From contig CAZDSL010000001.1 in NCBI GenBank assembly GCA_964507655.1, forward strand, positions 1 through 59,066: DNA of 59,066 bases, in the 5' to 3' direction. The translations under genes were made by a program, and so were the position numbers. The stretch is from an uncultured Mycobacteriaceae bacterium (GTDB lineage Bacteria > Actinomycetota > Actinomycetes > Mycobacteriales > Mycobacteriaceae). Below, one piece after another: positions 34,908 to 43,781 of the stretch. Numbering within the stretch: the first letter of the stretch is position 1; every line of letters starts with the position of its first letter. The notes under the pieces are model-generated. The model worked only from the letters and a program-made list of their open reading frames with translations, did not search any database and was not told where the DNA came from.

Positions 34908-35843
34908 TCAACTCCCCACGATCACGACGATGGATACGACCAGAACTTGCAGAAGCGTCAACGGCAACAACACGATCCAGCCGATCTCGGCGAACCGGTC
35001 CGGGCGGAGCACCGCCAGGCGGCGACGCGCACCGACGAACACCACCAACAGCGCGAGCGTTTTGATCACCGTCCACGCCCAGGCAGGCAGTACCGGGCCC
35101 AAACCCCCGCCGAGAAACAGTGTCACGGCGAACGCCGCTCCCGCGGTCAGCAGAAGATAGCGGCCCACGAGCAACAGCAGCCGATCGGCTCCGGAAAGTT
35201 CGGCGAACACTCCGCTGGCGACATCGACGCCCGCGGCCGACGAAAACGGGCCCCACATCGAGAACGCGACCACGCTCAGACAGAACACCACGAACGCCAC
35301 CGGAATCCACACCGCATACCAAAGTCCTTGCTGGGCGGCCACCACATCACCGACCCGCAGACTATGGGCAGCGATCACCGGCGCGGTCAGGGCGAACATC
35401 AACGGCAACTCGTAGCCCAGCGCCTGCGCCAGAAATCGGTAACCGCCCACGAGCGCGTGCGCACTGTTGGCGCCCCAACCCACCAACCACACCACTGCCC
35501 AGACAGCCACATCCATGGCGTTGAACCACACGATTCCGATGGGCATATCTGCGAGAGTCCACCGGCCCAGAGGCACGACGATGATCATCAGCAGCGCCAC
35601 GACCAGCAGCCCCGCACCACCAGAACGCCATAACAGCACGTCGGCCGCGACGGTCCGGCGCCGGCGTTGCCGCAACAGCCGGGCGACTTCATCCACCGGT
35701 GCAGTCACACCCCCACGCACCGCAGCCCCGGCTTCGCGGGCCGCGAGCACACCATCGAGGCCTGCGGCCACGGCGGCAAGCACGAGCGTGACCGCTGCGG
35801 CGGCCAGTACCCACACTGGTCCGACCTGTATGATCTCACCCAT
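34908..35843 (-). CDS. NuoH-like subunit
   Basis: GWGANS..ALVGGYR..AQALGYELP, LRPDR..GW..LLPL; ATG 35843. Confidence 0.85.
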   Translation of the reverse strand: MGEIIQVGPVWVLAAAAVTLVLAAVAAGLDGVLAAREAGAAVRGGVTAPVDEVARLLRQRRRRTVAADVLLWRSGGAGLLVVALLMIIVVPLGRWTLADMPIGIVWFNAMDVAVWAVVWLVGWGANSAHALVGGYRFLAQALGYELPLMFALTAPVIAAHSLRVGDVVAAQQGLWYAVWIPVAFVVFCLSVVAFSMWGPFSSAAGVDVASGVFAELSGADRLLLLVGRYLLLTAGAAFAVTLFLGGGLGPVLPAWAWTVIKTLALLVVFVGARRRLAVLRPDRFAEIGWIVLLPLTLLQVLVVSIVVIVGS

Positions 35844-37122
35844 GCGCGGCTCCGCCGCCACTGCCGACTGTGCTGTCGATGCGCGCGCCGATACCGGCGA
35901 CCACCAGCCGCACGGACGCCACATCGAGCCCGGCCACATGTTCAGCCAAGAGTTCGGGGCTGATTGTCCGTGTCTCTGTCGCCGGCGAGGCGTCCCCGCC
36001 GAGCGCGGCGCGCGCGGCCGCCAACCATCTGCCGGGTACCGCACTCAGGTCGCTGGCCCCGCCGTCCGGGTCGGGAACGGTCAGGCCGCGCAGCGACCAG
36101 CGCAAGCTGCGGCTGCGGGTCACGCGCGTGCCCAGCCGCTCGAGAGCCCCGGTGCACTGCGCGATCGATCCGCCCGCCAGTGCCGCGTCCCGCGCGCGCC
36201 GGGCGGCCGCCGCGGCGCTGTCCCAGCCGGCGACCGCCAGCAAACGCGCCGCATCATCGCAAAGCAGAGCCGCATCCCCGCGTCCGGTGCCGCCTCGGTC
36301 GGCAGGCGTCTGTGCTCGAGCCTCCCCGGCGTCGAGTAGCCGCGCCCGCGCCTCGGCGACACGATCGCCCTGCATCGTGCACTCGAGTACCAACCCCGCC
36401 GGCCAGTGCGGCAACACGGGCCCCAACGGAACATGCAGCACGTCGAGGTCGAGACCGTCCGGGTCCGGCGCGCCTTCGGCCAGCGCAATCCCACCGGGCT
36501 CCATGTCCATGCCCCCGTGGCCCATGCCGCCGTGATCGTGGCCACCATGATCCATACCCTCGTGGCCCATTGGCACGTGATCGCCACTGTCATCGTCGTC
36601 CGTGTGCGGGGGGCCACTGTGGTCGCCGCCGGCATGGTCGCCGTGTCCGTCGCTGTCGTACGCATGGTCGTGGTCTATCTCGTCGTGGCCACCGTGATCC
36701 ATGTGCGCATGGCCACCGTGGTCCATCGGGGTGTGACCGTCGGAGGTGTGGTCCATACCGCCGCCCGGGGGCGGGTCGACAGCGCGTCCACTGGCCTCTT
36801 CCCGCTGGGACGCATCGTCGAGCAGGGTTCGGGCGGCGTCGTCGAGCGCCGCGCCGGCCGCAGCGCCCTGCTGGGCTGTTACCCGGGCCCGCGGGCCGGG
36901 CATCTGCTCCCACACCGACTCCAGGACGCCGCGCAGCTCGGGGCCGGGCGTACCGCAGACGAGGAGCACGTCCGCATCTGCGGGCGAGTCGGCCACACGC
37001 CACCCGCGCGTGCTCACCGCCTGTTCGCCTGCCATCCGCGTGTACTGCCACCCGGGAACTTCGACGATCAGCACGTGCGCGGCCCGTACCGCCCGCCGGG
37101 CAAGTAGTGTTCTCAGACCCAT
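35836..37122 (-). CDS. Fusion of a Cys-less NuoB-like domain, a His/Met/Asp-rich linker and a NuoD-N-terminus-like domain
   Basis: SPADADVLLVCGT..VWEQMPGPR (NuoB core); MDHGGH repeats; LHVPLGPVLPHWPAGLVLECTMQGDRV (resembles NuoD N-terminal GPxHP..L.L.LDGE.V); ATG 37122. Confidence 0.75.
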   Translation of the reverse strand: MGLRTLLARRAVRAAHVLIVEVPGWQYTRMAGEQAVSTRGWRVADSPADADVLLVCGTPGPELRGVLESVWEQMPGPRARVTAQQGAAAGAALDDAARTLLDDASQREEASGRAVDPPPGGGMDHTSDGHTPMDHGGHAHMDHGGHDEIDHDHAYDSDGHGDHAGGDHSGPPHTDDDDSGDHVPMGHEGMDHGGHDHGGMGHGGMDMEPGGIALAEGAPDPDGLDLDVLHVPLGPVLPHWPAGLVLECTMQGDRVAEARARLLDAGEARAQTPADRGGTGRGDAALLCDDAARLLAVAGWDSAAAAARRARDAALAGGSIAQCTGALERLGTRVTRSRSLRWSLRGLTVPDPDGGASDLSAVPGRWLAAARAALGGDASPATETRTISPELLAEHVAGLDVASVRLVVAGIGARIDSTVGSGGGAAHG

Positions 37123-37463
37123 CGCAGCGCCCCCTCGCGCCAGGCCCACACCACCGCGCACATCAGCACCCCGAGGAACACGAACATCTCGGCCACGGCT
37201 TCGACGCCGACCTGGTCGACGACAACGGCCCACGGGTACATGAACAGCATTTCCACGTCGAAGGCGAGGAACAGCAGGGTCAGCGGATACCAGCGTGCGT
37301 GGTACCGAGACAGCGCGTGTTCGTCGGGCCTCCAGCCGGACAGGAACGGCAGGGCCGTCAGTGGTGTCGGTGCGATCGCACTGCGCCGCGCCACCAGATG
37401 GGCCAGCCCGATGCCCGCCGCTGCGAGGACGAGCATGGCGAACGCCGCGGAGTAGGTGCCCAT
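37113..37463 (-). CDS. NuoA-like subunit
   Basis: PFLSG, RWY..LLFLAFDVEMLFMYPWA, WAWREGALRW; start ATG 37463 (or 37475). Confidence 0.88.
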   Translation of the reverse strand: MGTYSAAFAMLVLAAAGIGLAHLVARRSAIAPTPLTALPFLSGWRPDEHALSRYHARWYPLTLLFLAFDVEMLFMYPWAVVVDQVGVEAVAEMFVFLGVLMCAVVWAWREGALRWV

Positions 37464-37526
37464 GCGCTGCTGCATCTCCTTTCGGCGAGCCAGGGCTGCG
37501 CCCCCACGAGGACACACCGCATCTTC

Positions 37527-37541
37527 TACCGGGTAGGGGTA
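37527..37541 (-). promoter_or_regulatory. CsoR/RicR-type operator upstream of the nuo-like operon
   Basis: Minus strand TACCC-CTACC-CGGTA, same TACC-N7-GGTA form as the cop promoter operator; lies between nuoA-like and csoR. Confidence 0.7.
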
Positions 37542-37671
37542 TGGCGTATAGTGTGGCATACGTGCACGCGTATGTGTTGGCGTTGGGGCTAAGTATGAAA
37601 CGCGACCGGCTTTCCCGGGCCGGGAACCGAACGTCCTTCAACATGATCGTCGAGCAGACAGGACACTTCCG

Positions 37672-38058
37672 ATGACCGCAACACCCTCCGCCAGCGGCAG
37701 CGCCGCAACCGTCGACAACGAGTCCGCGGCCGCCGCGCTAGGCCGCGACGACGAAGCGGCCGGCGCCCCGCAGCCCCCGCACGGGTACACCCCGGACAAG
37801 CAGCAGTACCTGCGCCGACTCAAGCGGATCGAGGGGCAAGCGCGCGGCATCCACCGCATGGTCGAAGAGGACGCATACTGCATCGACGTGCTCACCCAGA
37901 TCAGCGCGATCACCAGCGCCCTCGAGAACGTAGCCCTGGGCCTGCTTGACGATCACCTGCACCATTGCGTCGTCAATGCCGCCCGCGCGGGCGGCCCCGA
38001 GTCGACCGCGAAGATCAAGGAAGCCTTCGAGGCCATTAACCGACTGGTCAAATCCTAA
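37672..38058 (+). CDS. csoR: CsoR/RicR copper-sensing repressor
   Basis: RLKRIEGQ.RG..MVE..AYCID..Q..A, DHLHHC (C-H-C Cu(I) ligands). Confidence 0.9.
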   Translation: MTATPSASGSAATVDNESAAAALGRDDEAAGAPQPPHGYTPDKQQYLRRLKRIEGQARGIHRMVEEDAYCIDVLTQISAITSALENVALGLLDDHLHHCVVNAARAGGPESTAKIKEAFEAINRLVKS

Positions 38059-38132
38059 AACCCGGCGCTCACCGCCGCCGAACAGCGGCGAGACGATAAA
38101 TATGGACGTTCGGCTGCCACCGCTGCTGGCGA

Positions 38133-38154
38133 CTTCATGGAATCTTCATGGAAT
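38133..38154 (+). promoter_or_regulatory. Tandem 11-bp direct repeat, probable OmpR-family (CopR-like) binding site
   Basis: CTTCATGGAAT x2 upstream of the SHOCT-RR-HK-MCO operon. Confidence 0.6.
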
Positions 38155-38215
38155 CCTCGGGCAGATGCGCTGGTTCCGCGTGGCACGGTGAAGGTGCAAG
38201 CCGTGGGAGGTCACA

Positions 38216-38464
38216 GTGATGATGGGATGGTATGGCGGCGGCGCCGGATGGGCGATGATGACCGGAATGGTGCTGTTCTGGCTGGTGGTCATCGCCGTGG
38301 TGGTGTGGGCGATCGTGCGGCTCACACCACCACGGCGGTACCGCGGCGAAGACGCACGCACGATCCTCGACCGGCGCCTGGCCGCCGGGGAGATAGACGA
38401 GAACGAGTACCGGTCGCTGATCGCCGCAATCAGGTCCTCCCAGCCTGGCCAGCATAGTGGATAG
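38216..38464 (+). CDS. SHOCT domain membrane protein
   Basis: MMMGWYGGG, one TM, ILDRRLAAGEIDENEY. Confidence 0.8.
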   Translation: MMMGWYGGGAGWAMMTGMVLFWLVVIAVVVWAIVRLTPPRRYRGEDARTILDRRLAAGEIDENEYRSLIAAIRSSQPGQHSG

Positions 38465-39190
38465 GTGCCGACCTCCGCGGCCGGAGACCCAGCGGTGACT
38501 GACCGCGGCCCGCAGATACTCGTAGTCGACGACGAAGCCGCGCTGGCGGGCGTCGTCGCCAACTATCTGTCGCGGGAAGGCTTCGCGGTGACCATCGCCT
38601 ACGACGGGCCGGCTGCGGTCGAAGAGGCCAGGAGGGTAGATCCGGCGCTCGTAGTCCTCGACGTCATGCTGCCCGGGTTCGACGGGCTCGAAGTGTGCCG
38701 ACGGTTGCGCACCTTCTCCGACGCATACGTGCTGATGCTCACCGCCCGTGGCGAGGAGCTCGACGCCGTGGTGGGACTGTCCGTCGGCGCTGATGACTAC
38801 GTGGTCAAACCTTTCGGGCCCCGAGAACTAGTAGCCCGAGTCAAGGCGCTGCTACGTCGACCGCGCACGGCCGCGTCCGGACACGCGCCGATGCTCGAGT
38901 TCGGTGACCTGCGGATCGATCCGGACTCCCGGATCGTTTCGGCCGCGGGGAAACGGGTGAATCTGACCCGCACAGAGTTCGACGTGCTGGCTGCGCTCGC
39001 GGCGCGCCCCCGTGCGGCTCTGGGCCGTCGGCAGATCATCGAACAGGTCTGGGGAGACGGCTGGGTCGGCGACGAACACGTCGTCGACGTGCATATCCGG
39101 GCGTTGCGCCACAAGATCGGCGACGACGCCACCGCACCGCGGTACGTGCGCACTGTCCGCGGCGTCGGTTACGGGATGGTGATCCGGTGA
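38465..39190 (+). CDS. OmpR-family response regulator (CopR-like)
   Basis: ILVVDDE, LDVMLPG, GADDYVVKPF, VRTVRGVGY; start may be GTG 38495. Confidence 0.92.
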   Translation: MPTSAAGDPAVTDRGPQILVVDDEAALAGVVANYLSREGFAVTIAYDGPAAVEEARRVDPALVVLDVMLPGFDGLEVCRRLRTFSDAYVLMLTARGEELDAVVGLSVGADDYVVKPFGPRELVARVKALLRRPRTAASGHAPMLEFGDLRIDPDSRIVSAAGKRVNLTRTEFDVLAALAARPRAALGRRQIIEQVWGDGWVGDEHVVDVHIRALRHKIGDDATAPRYVRTVRGVGYGMVIR

Positions 39191-40299
39191 CGCGTCTGGG
39201 CTTGCGCGGACAGTTGTTCTTCGCGCAGTTGCTCGTGCTCACCGCCGGCGGAGCGAGTTTCGCGGTGGCCGCCACGGCCATAGCGCCGTCGCTGTTCCAT
39301 GCGCACCTGTCGCGCGCCGGAGTCGACGACCCCGGGGTGCAGGGCCATGTCGAAGAGGCGTTCGGGCTTGCGGCCTCGGTGGCCATGTCCATCGGTGCCG
39401 TATTCGGGCTGGCGGCCTCGGGTCTGATCTCGTGGTTGTTCATCCGCCGGATCATCGCGCCCGTGGACCGTCTGGTCGCCGCTACCGACGACATCGCCCG
39501 CGGCGCGTACACCTATACTCCGCCGCCCGGCGTTGCCGCAGCGGAGTTCTCCCACCTCGAGCGGGCATTCACACAGATGGCCAGCCGCCTCGATGGGACG
39601 GAACGCGCCCGCACCCGGCTGTTCCATGACCTCACCCACGAGCTGCGCACGCCGGTCGCCACCCTCGACGCCTACATTGAGGGCCTCGAAGACGACGTCC
39701 TTGCGGCGGATGCTGCCACCTGGACGGTCATGCATGATCAACTCGAGCGTTTGCGCCGGCTCGCCGATGACATCGGTGAACTCTCCGCCGCCGACGAGGA
39801 CACGATGCGCCTGGAACTGCAGACAGACGATCTTAACGCGACGATACGAGCGGCGGCCGCGGCGATCGCCCCGCGCTGCACCGACCATGACGTGATCCTG
39901 ATCGTGCATGTGCCGCACAATCTTCCGCCGTTGATTCACGATCGTCAGCGGCTTGAGCAGGTTTTGGCCAACCTGCTCGACAACGCGCTGCGCTACACCC
40001 CGGCCGGCGGCGAGATCACCATCGCCGCGACACGTCCCGACACGGAACATCTACGGATCAGTGTTACCGACACCGGTGAGGGCATAGCGCCGGGCCACCT
40101 CGAGACGATCTTCGACCGGTTCCACCGCCTCGACCCGGCCCGCAGTCCCGGCGGCAGCGGTCTCGGGCTGACCATCGCGCGCAGTCTTGTACGCGCCCAC
40201 GGCGGCACGCTGACCGCCACCAACCGCAGCGATACCCGCGGCACCCGCTTCGAGGTGACCCTCCCGCGTGCGGGCCGACCGTCATGGCGTCGGTCGTGA
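39187..40299 (+). CDS. HAMP-domain sensor histidine kinase (CopS-like)
   Basis: Two TM, LFHAHL..GHVEEAF extracellular His, HELRTP, NLLDNA, DTGEGI, GSGLGL. Confidence 0.92.
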   Translation: MTRLGLRGQLFFAQLLVLTAGGASFAVAATAIAPSLFHAHLSRAGVDDPGVQGHVEEAFGLAASVAMSIGAVFGLAASGLISWLFIRRIIAPVDRLVAATDDIARGAYTYTPPPGVAAAEFSHLERAFTQMASRLDGTERARTRLFHDLTHELRTPVATLDAYIEGLEDDVLAADAATWTVMHDQLERLRRLADDIGELSAADEDTMRLELQTDDLNATIRAAAAAIAPRCTDHDVILIVHVPHNLPPLIHDRQRLEQVLANLLDNALRYTPAGGEITIAATRPDTEHLRISVTDTGEGIAPGHLETIFDRFHRLDPARSPGGSGLGLTIARSLVRAHGGTLTATNRSDTRGTRFEVTLPRAGRPSWRRS

Positions 40300-40420
40300 C
40301 GCCTCGAGACCGCAGCTTCATCAAACCCACACCACGCCCACACCCGAACTGATACCGCGGGCGCGACGATGGTGCTGGCACACCGCATCGAACCGAAGAA
40401 CGCTGAACAACGAGAGACAT

Positions 40421-42004
40421 ATGCCTGACACGCATCGCACAGCACACGACGTCACCCGCCGCACCTTCCTCACCGCGGCGGGTCTGGGCCTCGGCGGGCT
40501 GACACTGGCCGCCTGTGGTGGCTCCGGCGGCGCCACCAAGACCGCCGGTGGCGTGGCCGGCGGTGACTATGCCGCCGCAATCAGGGCCGCTGAGGCCCGC
40601 CGCCCGCACACCGGGCGGACCGTCACCGCCGAACTGACCGCACGCGCCGTCGAGGTCGACCTCGGCGGTCCGGTCGTGCGCACCCTCGCCTACGGCGACT
40701 CGATACCAGCCGCACCCGTACGCGCCGATATCGGCGATGAGTTGGCGGTGACCGTGACCAATCGCCTCGACCGGAACACCTCGGTGCACTGGCACGGCAT
40801 CGCACTGCGCAATGACATGGACGGTGCTGCACCGGCAACACCCGACATCACCCCAGGCGACCGGTTCACGTACCGGTTCACCTCGCCGCACGCAGGCACT
40901 TATTGGGCGCACCCGCACGTCGGGCTGGATACCGACTACGGACTGTATCTGCCGGTGATCATCGACGATCCCGACGAGCAGACCCGCTACGACGCCGAGT
41001 GGATTGTCGTGCTTGACGACTGGACCGACGGCACCGGCAAGTCCCCCGACGCGATCTTGCAGGGCCTGCGCAGCGGCGGCATGGGCCACATGGGTGGCGA
41101 GATGAGTGATATGGGCGATGCAGGCATGGGCAGCATGCCCGGGATGGGCCACGGCGGCGGGGCCGGTCAGCAGGACCCGGCGGGCAGCGAAGACAGTCTG
41201 CTCGGCAGCGACACCGGCGACGTCGACTACCCCTACTACCTGATCAACGGGAGAATCCCAGCGGCACCGACTACGTTCAGGGCTGCGGCGGGCCAGCGCG
41301 TTCGGCTGCGGATCATCAACGCTGGCGCCGATACCGCCTTCCGCGTAGCCCTGGCCGGGCACACGATGACCATCACCCACACGGACGGGTTCCCCGTCCA
41401 GCCGGTCGAGGCAGATGCCGTGCTGCTGGGGATGGGTGAACGCGTCGATGCCATCATCACCGTCAGTGACGGCGTCTTCCCGCTCGTCGCCTCGGCGGAA
41501 GGTAAGAACGCTCTTGCGCGTGCTCTGCTGCGTACAGCGGGGGGTACAGCGCCACCGGCGGACTTCCGGCCGCACGAGCTGACCGGCCGCGTCGCCACAG
41601 TCACCGATTTCACCGCCACCGACCAAGTCACATTGGCTCCCCGGAAACCGGACATCACCCTGCCGGTGGAATTGAGCGGGAACATGATGGACTACGTGTG
41701 GAAGATCAACGGTCGCACCTACGACAACACCGACCCGTTGACGGTCACCGAGGGGCAACACGCCCGGATGACCTTCAGCAATCACACGATGATGTGGCAC
41801 CCGATGCACTTGCACGGGCACACATTCCAGGTGCTCCGCCCGGATGGCTCGTTCGGTCCTCGTAAGGACACACTCGCGGTACTGCCGATGCAGTCGATGA
41901 CAGTTGACCTGGTCGCGGACAACCCTGGTTCATGGATGGTGCATTGCCACAACGGCTACCACATGGACGCGGGGATGATGACCCGCCTCGAATACACCAC
42001 CTGA
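40421..42004 (+). CDS. Tat-exported lipoprotein multicopper oxidase
   Basis: TRRTFL twin-Arg, LAAC lipobox, HWH, HPH, HPMHLHGH, HCHNGYH, Met-rich loop. Confidence 0.93.
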   Translation: MPDTHRTAHDVTRRTFLTAAGLGLGGLTLAACGGSGGATKTAGGVAGGDYAAAIRAAEARRPHTGRTVTAELTARAVEVDLGGPVVRTLAYGDSIPAAPVRADIGDELAVTVTNRLDRNTSVHWHGIALRNDMDGAAPATPDITPGDRFTYRFTSPHAGTYWAHPHVGLDTDYGLYLPVIIDDPDEQTRYDAEWIVVLDDWTDGTGKSPDAILQGLRSGGMGHMGGEMSDMGDAGMGSMPGMGHGGGAGQQDPAGSEDSLLGSDTGDVDYPYYLINGRIPAAPTTFRAAAGQRVRLRIINAGADTAFRVALAGHTMTITHTDGFPVQPVEADAVLLGMGERVDAIITVSDGVFPLVASAEGKNALARALLRTAGGTAPPADFRPHELTGRVATVTDFTATDQVTLAPRKPDITLPVELSGNMMDYVWKINGRTYDNTDPLTVTEGQHARMTFSNHTMMWHPMHLHGHTFQVLRPDGSFGPRKDTLAVLPMQSMTVDLVADNPGSWMVHCHNGYHMDAGMMTRLEYTT

Positions 42005-42254
42005 GCAGCGTTTCCCTGACGTCGCGGGCAGAACCGTGCACAACCGAGTAAGCCCCCGGAACAATCCATCGGTCGATTGGCGGTGACGAATATGTCCGCA
42101 TGCCTGGTCGCGTCGATCGTCTATGTGTCAGCTGTTCCAGCCTTGTGCGCATGCACAGCTGCCTCGATGATCCGAGGCGACCAGACAGCAGCCCGACGGA
42201 AGACGCAGTCCTGGACACCGCGCAGACACGACTAAGAAACCCCTCGATCCGGAA

Positions 42255-42617
42255 TCACGGGCATCGTCCAAATCGAGCAACGAGGCTCCTTCCGGTGCTG
42301 CCGCGGACTCGGGCGCGGGGATGCCGGCCGATTTCGCGAGCCGCGCGGTCCGGATAGCGGCCGGTCTGTACAGTCACCGCGTCGACAAGGGCCAATGGTA
42401 GCTCTTCGGAGCCTGAGAGCTTCATGAACTCGGCGAGCGGGTCTCGGTGGGTGAAGGCCAGCGGTGCGCTGGCGAGGTTGAAGCAGGTGATCTCGCCGCT
42501 GCAGGAGCGTACCCATTCGAGGTATGCAGAGAAGGTGGCGAGGGCCTGGTCCGCGTCATCGCCGCAAACGACGGTGCTGCAGCACAGTGCGGGCTCGAAT
42601 ACTTCAATGGTGCTCAT
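42255..42617 (-). pseudogene. arsD: Arsenite metallochaperone ArsD, degenerate with aberrant C-terminus
   Basis: MSTIEVFEPALCCSTVVC...GRYPDR; similarity ends after YPDRA and no arsA follows. Confidence 0.75.
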
Positions 42618-42646
42618 CGTGATGTCCCCACGTGTTCGGGTGGTTA

Positions 42647-43729
42647 CTAGGTTGCCGGGACTGTGGATAGGTCTCTATCGAGTGCGGCGATGCCGGCGCG
42701 GGCGGTCCGGCCGACGCCGATCAGAGTCGCCGAGGCTGGCCCGGTCCAGTCGCCGTACCCCAGGAAAACCAGTCCGGGTTCGCCGGCGACATGCGTTCCG
42801 GCCATTTCGATCCCCCCGGTGTCGCCGCCGCGCAGCCCTAACGGCTGGAGGTGTCGCAGCGCCGGGCGGAACCCTGTGCACCAAATGATGGCGTCCACCG
42901 GCTCGACATGCTCGCCGAAGGCCAGCCCCGTGGTGGTGAGCCGGTCGAACATCGGATGCGCCACCAGCACGCCGCGGTCGCGGGCGGCTTTGACCGGCGG
43001 CACAATCACAATGTCGCCGAGCCCTGCCACACCCTCTCTATCGGCGTCGCCGGAGGCCAGGGCACGTGCGCGCGCACTGGCGACGTCGAAGAGGACGCGG
43101 CCGTCGACGTCGTCGGGGAGGAACCGGGGTTCTCTCGTGGTGAGCCAGAGTGTGTCGGCGACAGTGGAGACTTCGGCGAGGATCTGCGCGGCGGAATTGC
43201 CGCCGCCGACCACCGCGACCCTGCCGCCGTTGAACGGGGCCGGCGATCGGTAGCCGGTGGTGTGGAGTTGGATGCCTGCGAACTCGCGGGCGCCGGGGTA
43301 GATCGGCCAGAACGGTTGCCGCCAGGTACCGGTGGTGTTGACGACGGCACGCGTGATCCACGCGCCGCGATTCGATTCCACGAGGTATCGGTTTCCTTCG
43401 CGGGTCACGGAGATGACGCGGACCGGCCGGCGCACCGGTAGCCCGTATCGGTTCTGGTATGCGGAAAGGTATTCGACGACATGGGCGGCGGGAGGAAAAC
43501 CTGGACTCCAGGCGGGCATCGGCCATCCCGGGAGTGAGGAGTGCTCCGCAGGCGAGAACAAGCGCAATGAGTCCCAGTAGTGCTGCCACGATCCGCCGGG
43601 GGCGGTGTCGGCGTCGAGGATCACGAAATCGCGACCGGTGCGGCGCAGGTAGTACCCGGCTGCCATCCCCGCTTGCCCGCCTCCGATCACGACTACCTCG
43701 ACCGGGGTCGGCGCCCCTTGCGGCGTCAT
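42647..43729 (-). CDS. ArsO-like flavin-containing monooxygenase
   Basis: VIGGGQAG, WDSLRLFSP, VGGGNSAAQ, WCTGFRP, GYGDWTGPASATLIGVGR; inside ars remnants. Confidence 0.85.
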   Translation of the reverse strand: MTPQGAPTPVEVVVIGGGQAGMAAGYYLRRTGRDFVILDADTAPGGSWQHYWDSLRLFSPAEHSSLPGWPMPAWSPGFPPAAHVVEYLSAYQNRYGLPVRRPVRVISVTREGNRYLVESNRGAWITRAVVNTTGTWRQPFWPIYPGAREFAGIQLHTTGYRSPAPFNGGRVAVVGGGNSAAQILAEVSTVADTLWLTTREPRFLPDDVDGRVLFDVASARARALASGDADREGVAGLGDIVIVPPVKAARDRGVLVAHPMFDRLTTTGLAFGEHVEPVDAIIWCTGFRPALRHLQPLGLRGGDTGGIEMAGTHVAGEPGLVFLGYGDWTGPASATLIGVGRTARAGIAALDRDLSTVPAT

Positions 43730-43781
43730 GAGTGTCCTTTCCGGATTCTGGTTCTCGTCCGGCCGGGTTGCGGATGCGGTG

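Noticed and set aside
29282-37463. Calling the operon the housekeeping NADH dehydrogenase I or an Mrp antiporter
   Set aside because: Lacks NuoC/E/F/G/I and all Fe-S ligands; has NuoA/H/B/D-like parts and no MrpE/F/G
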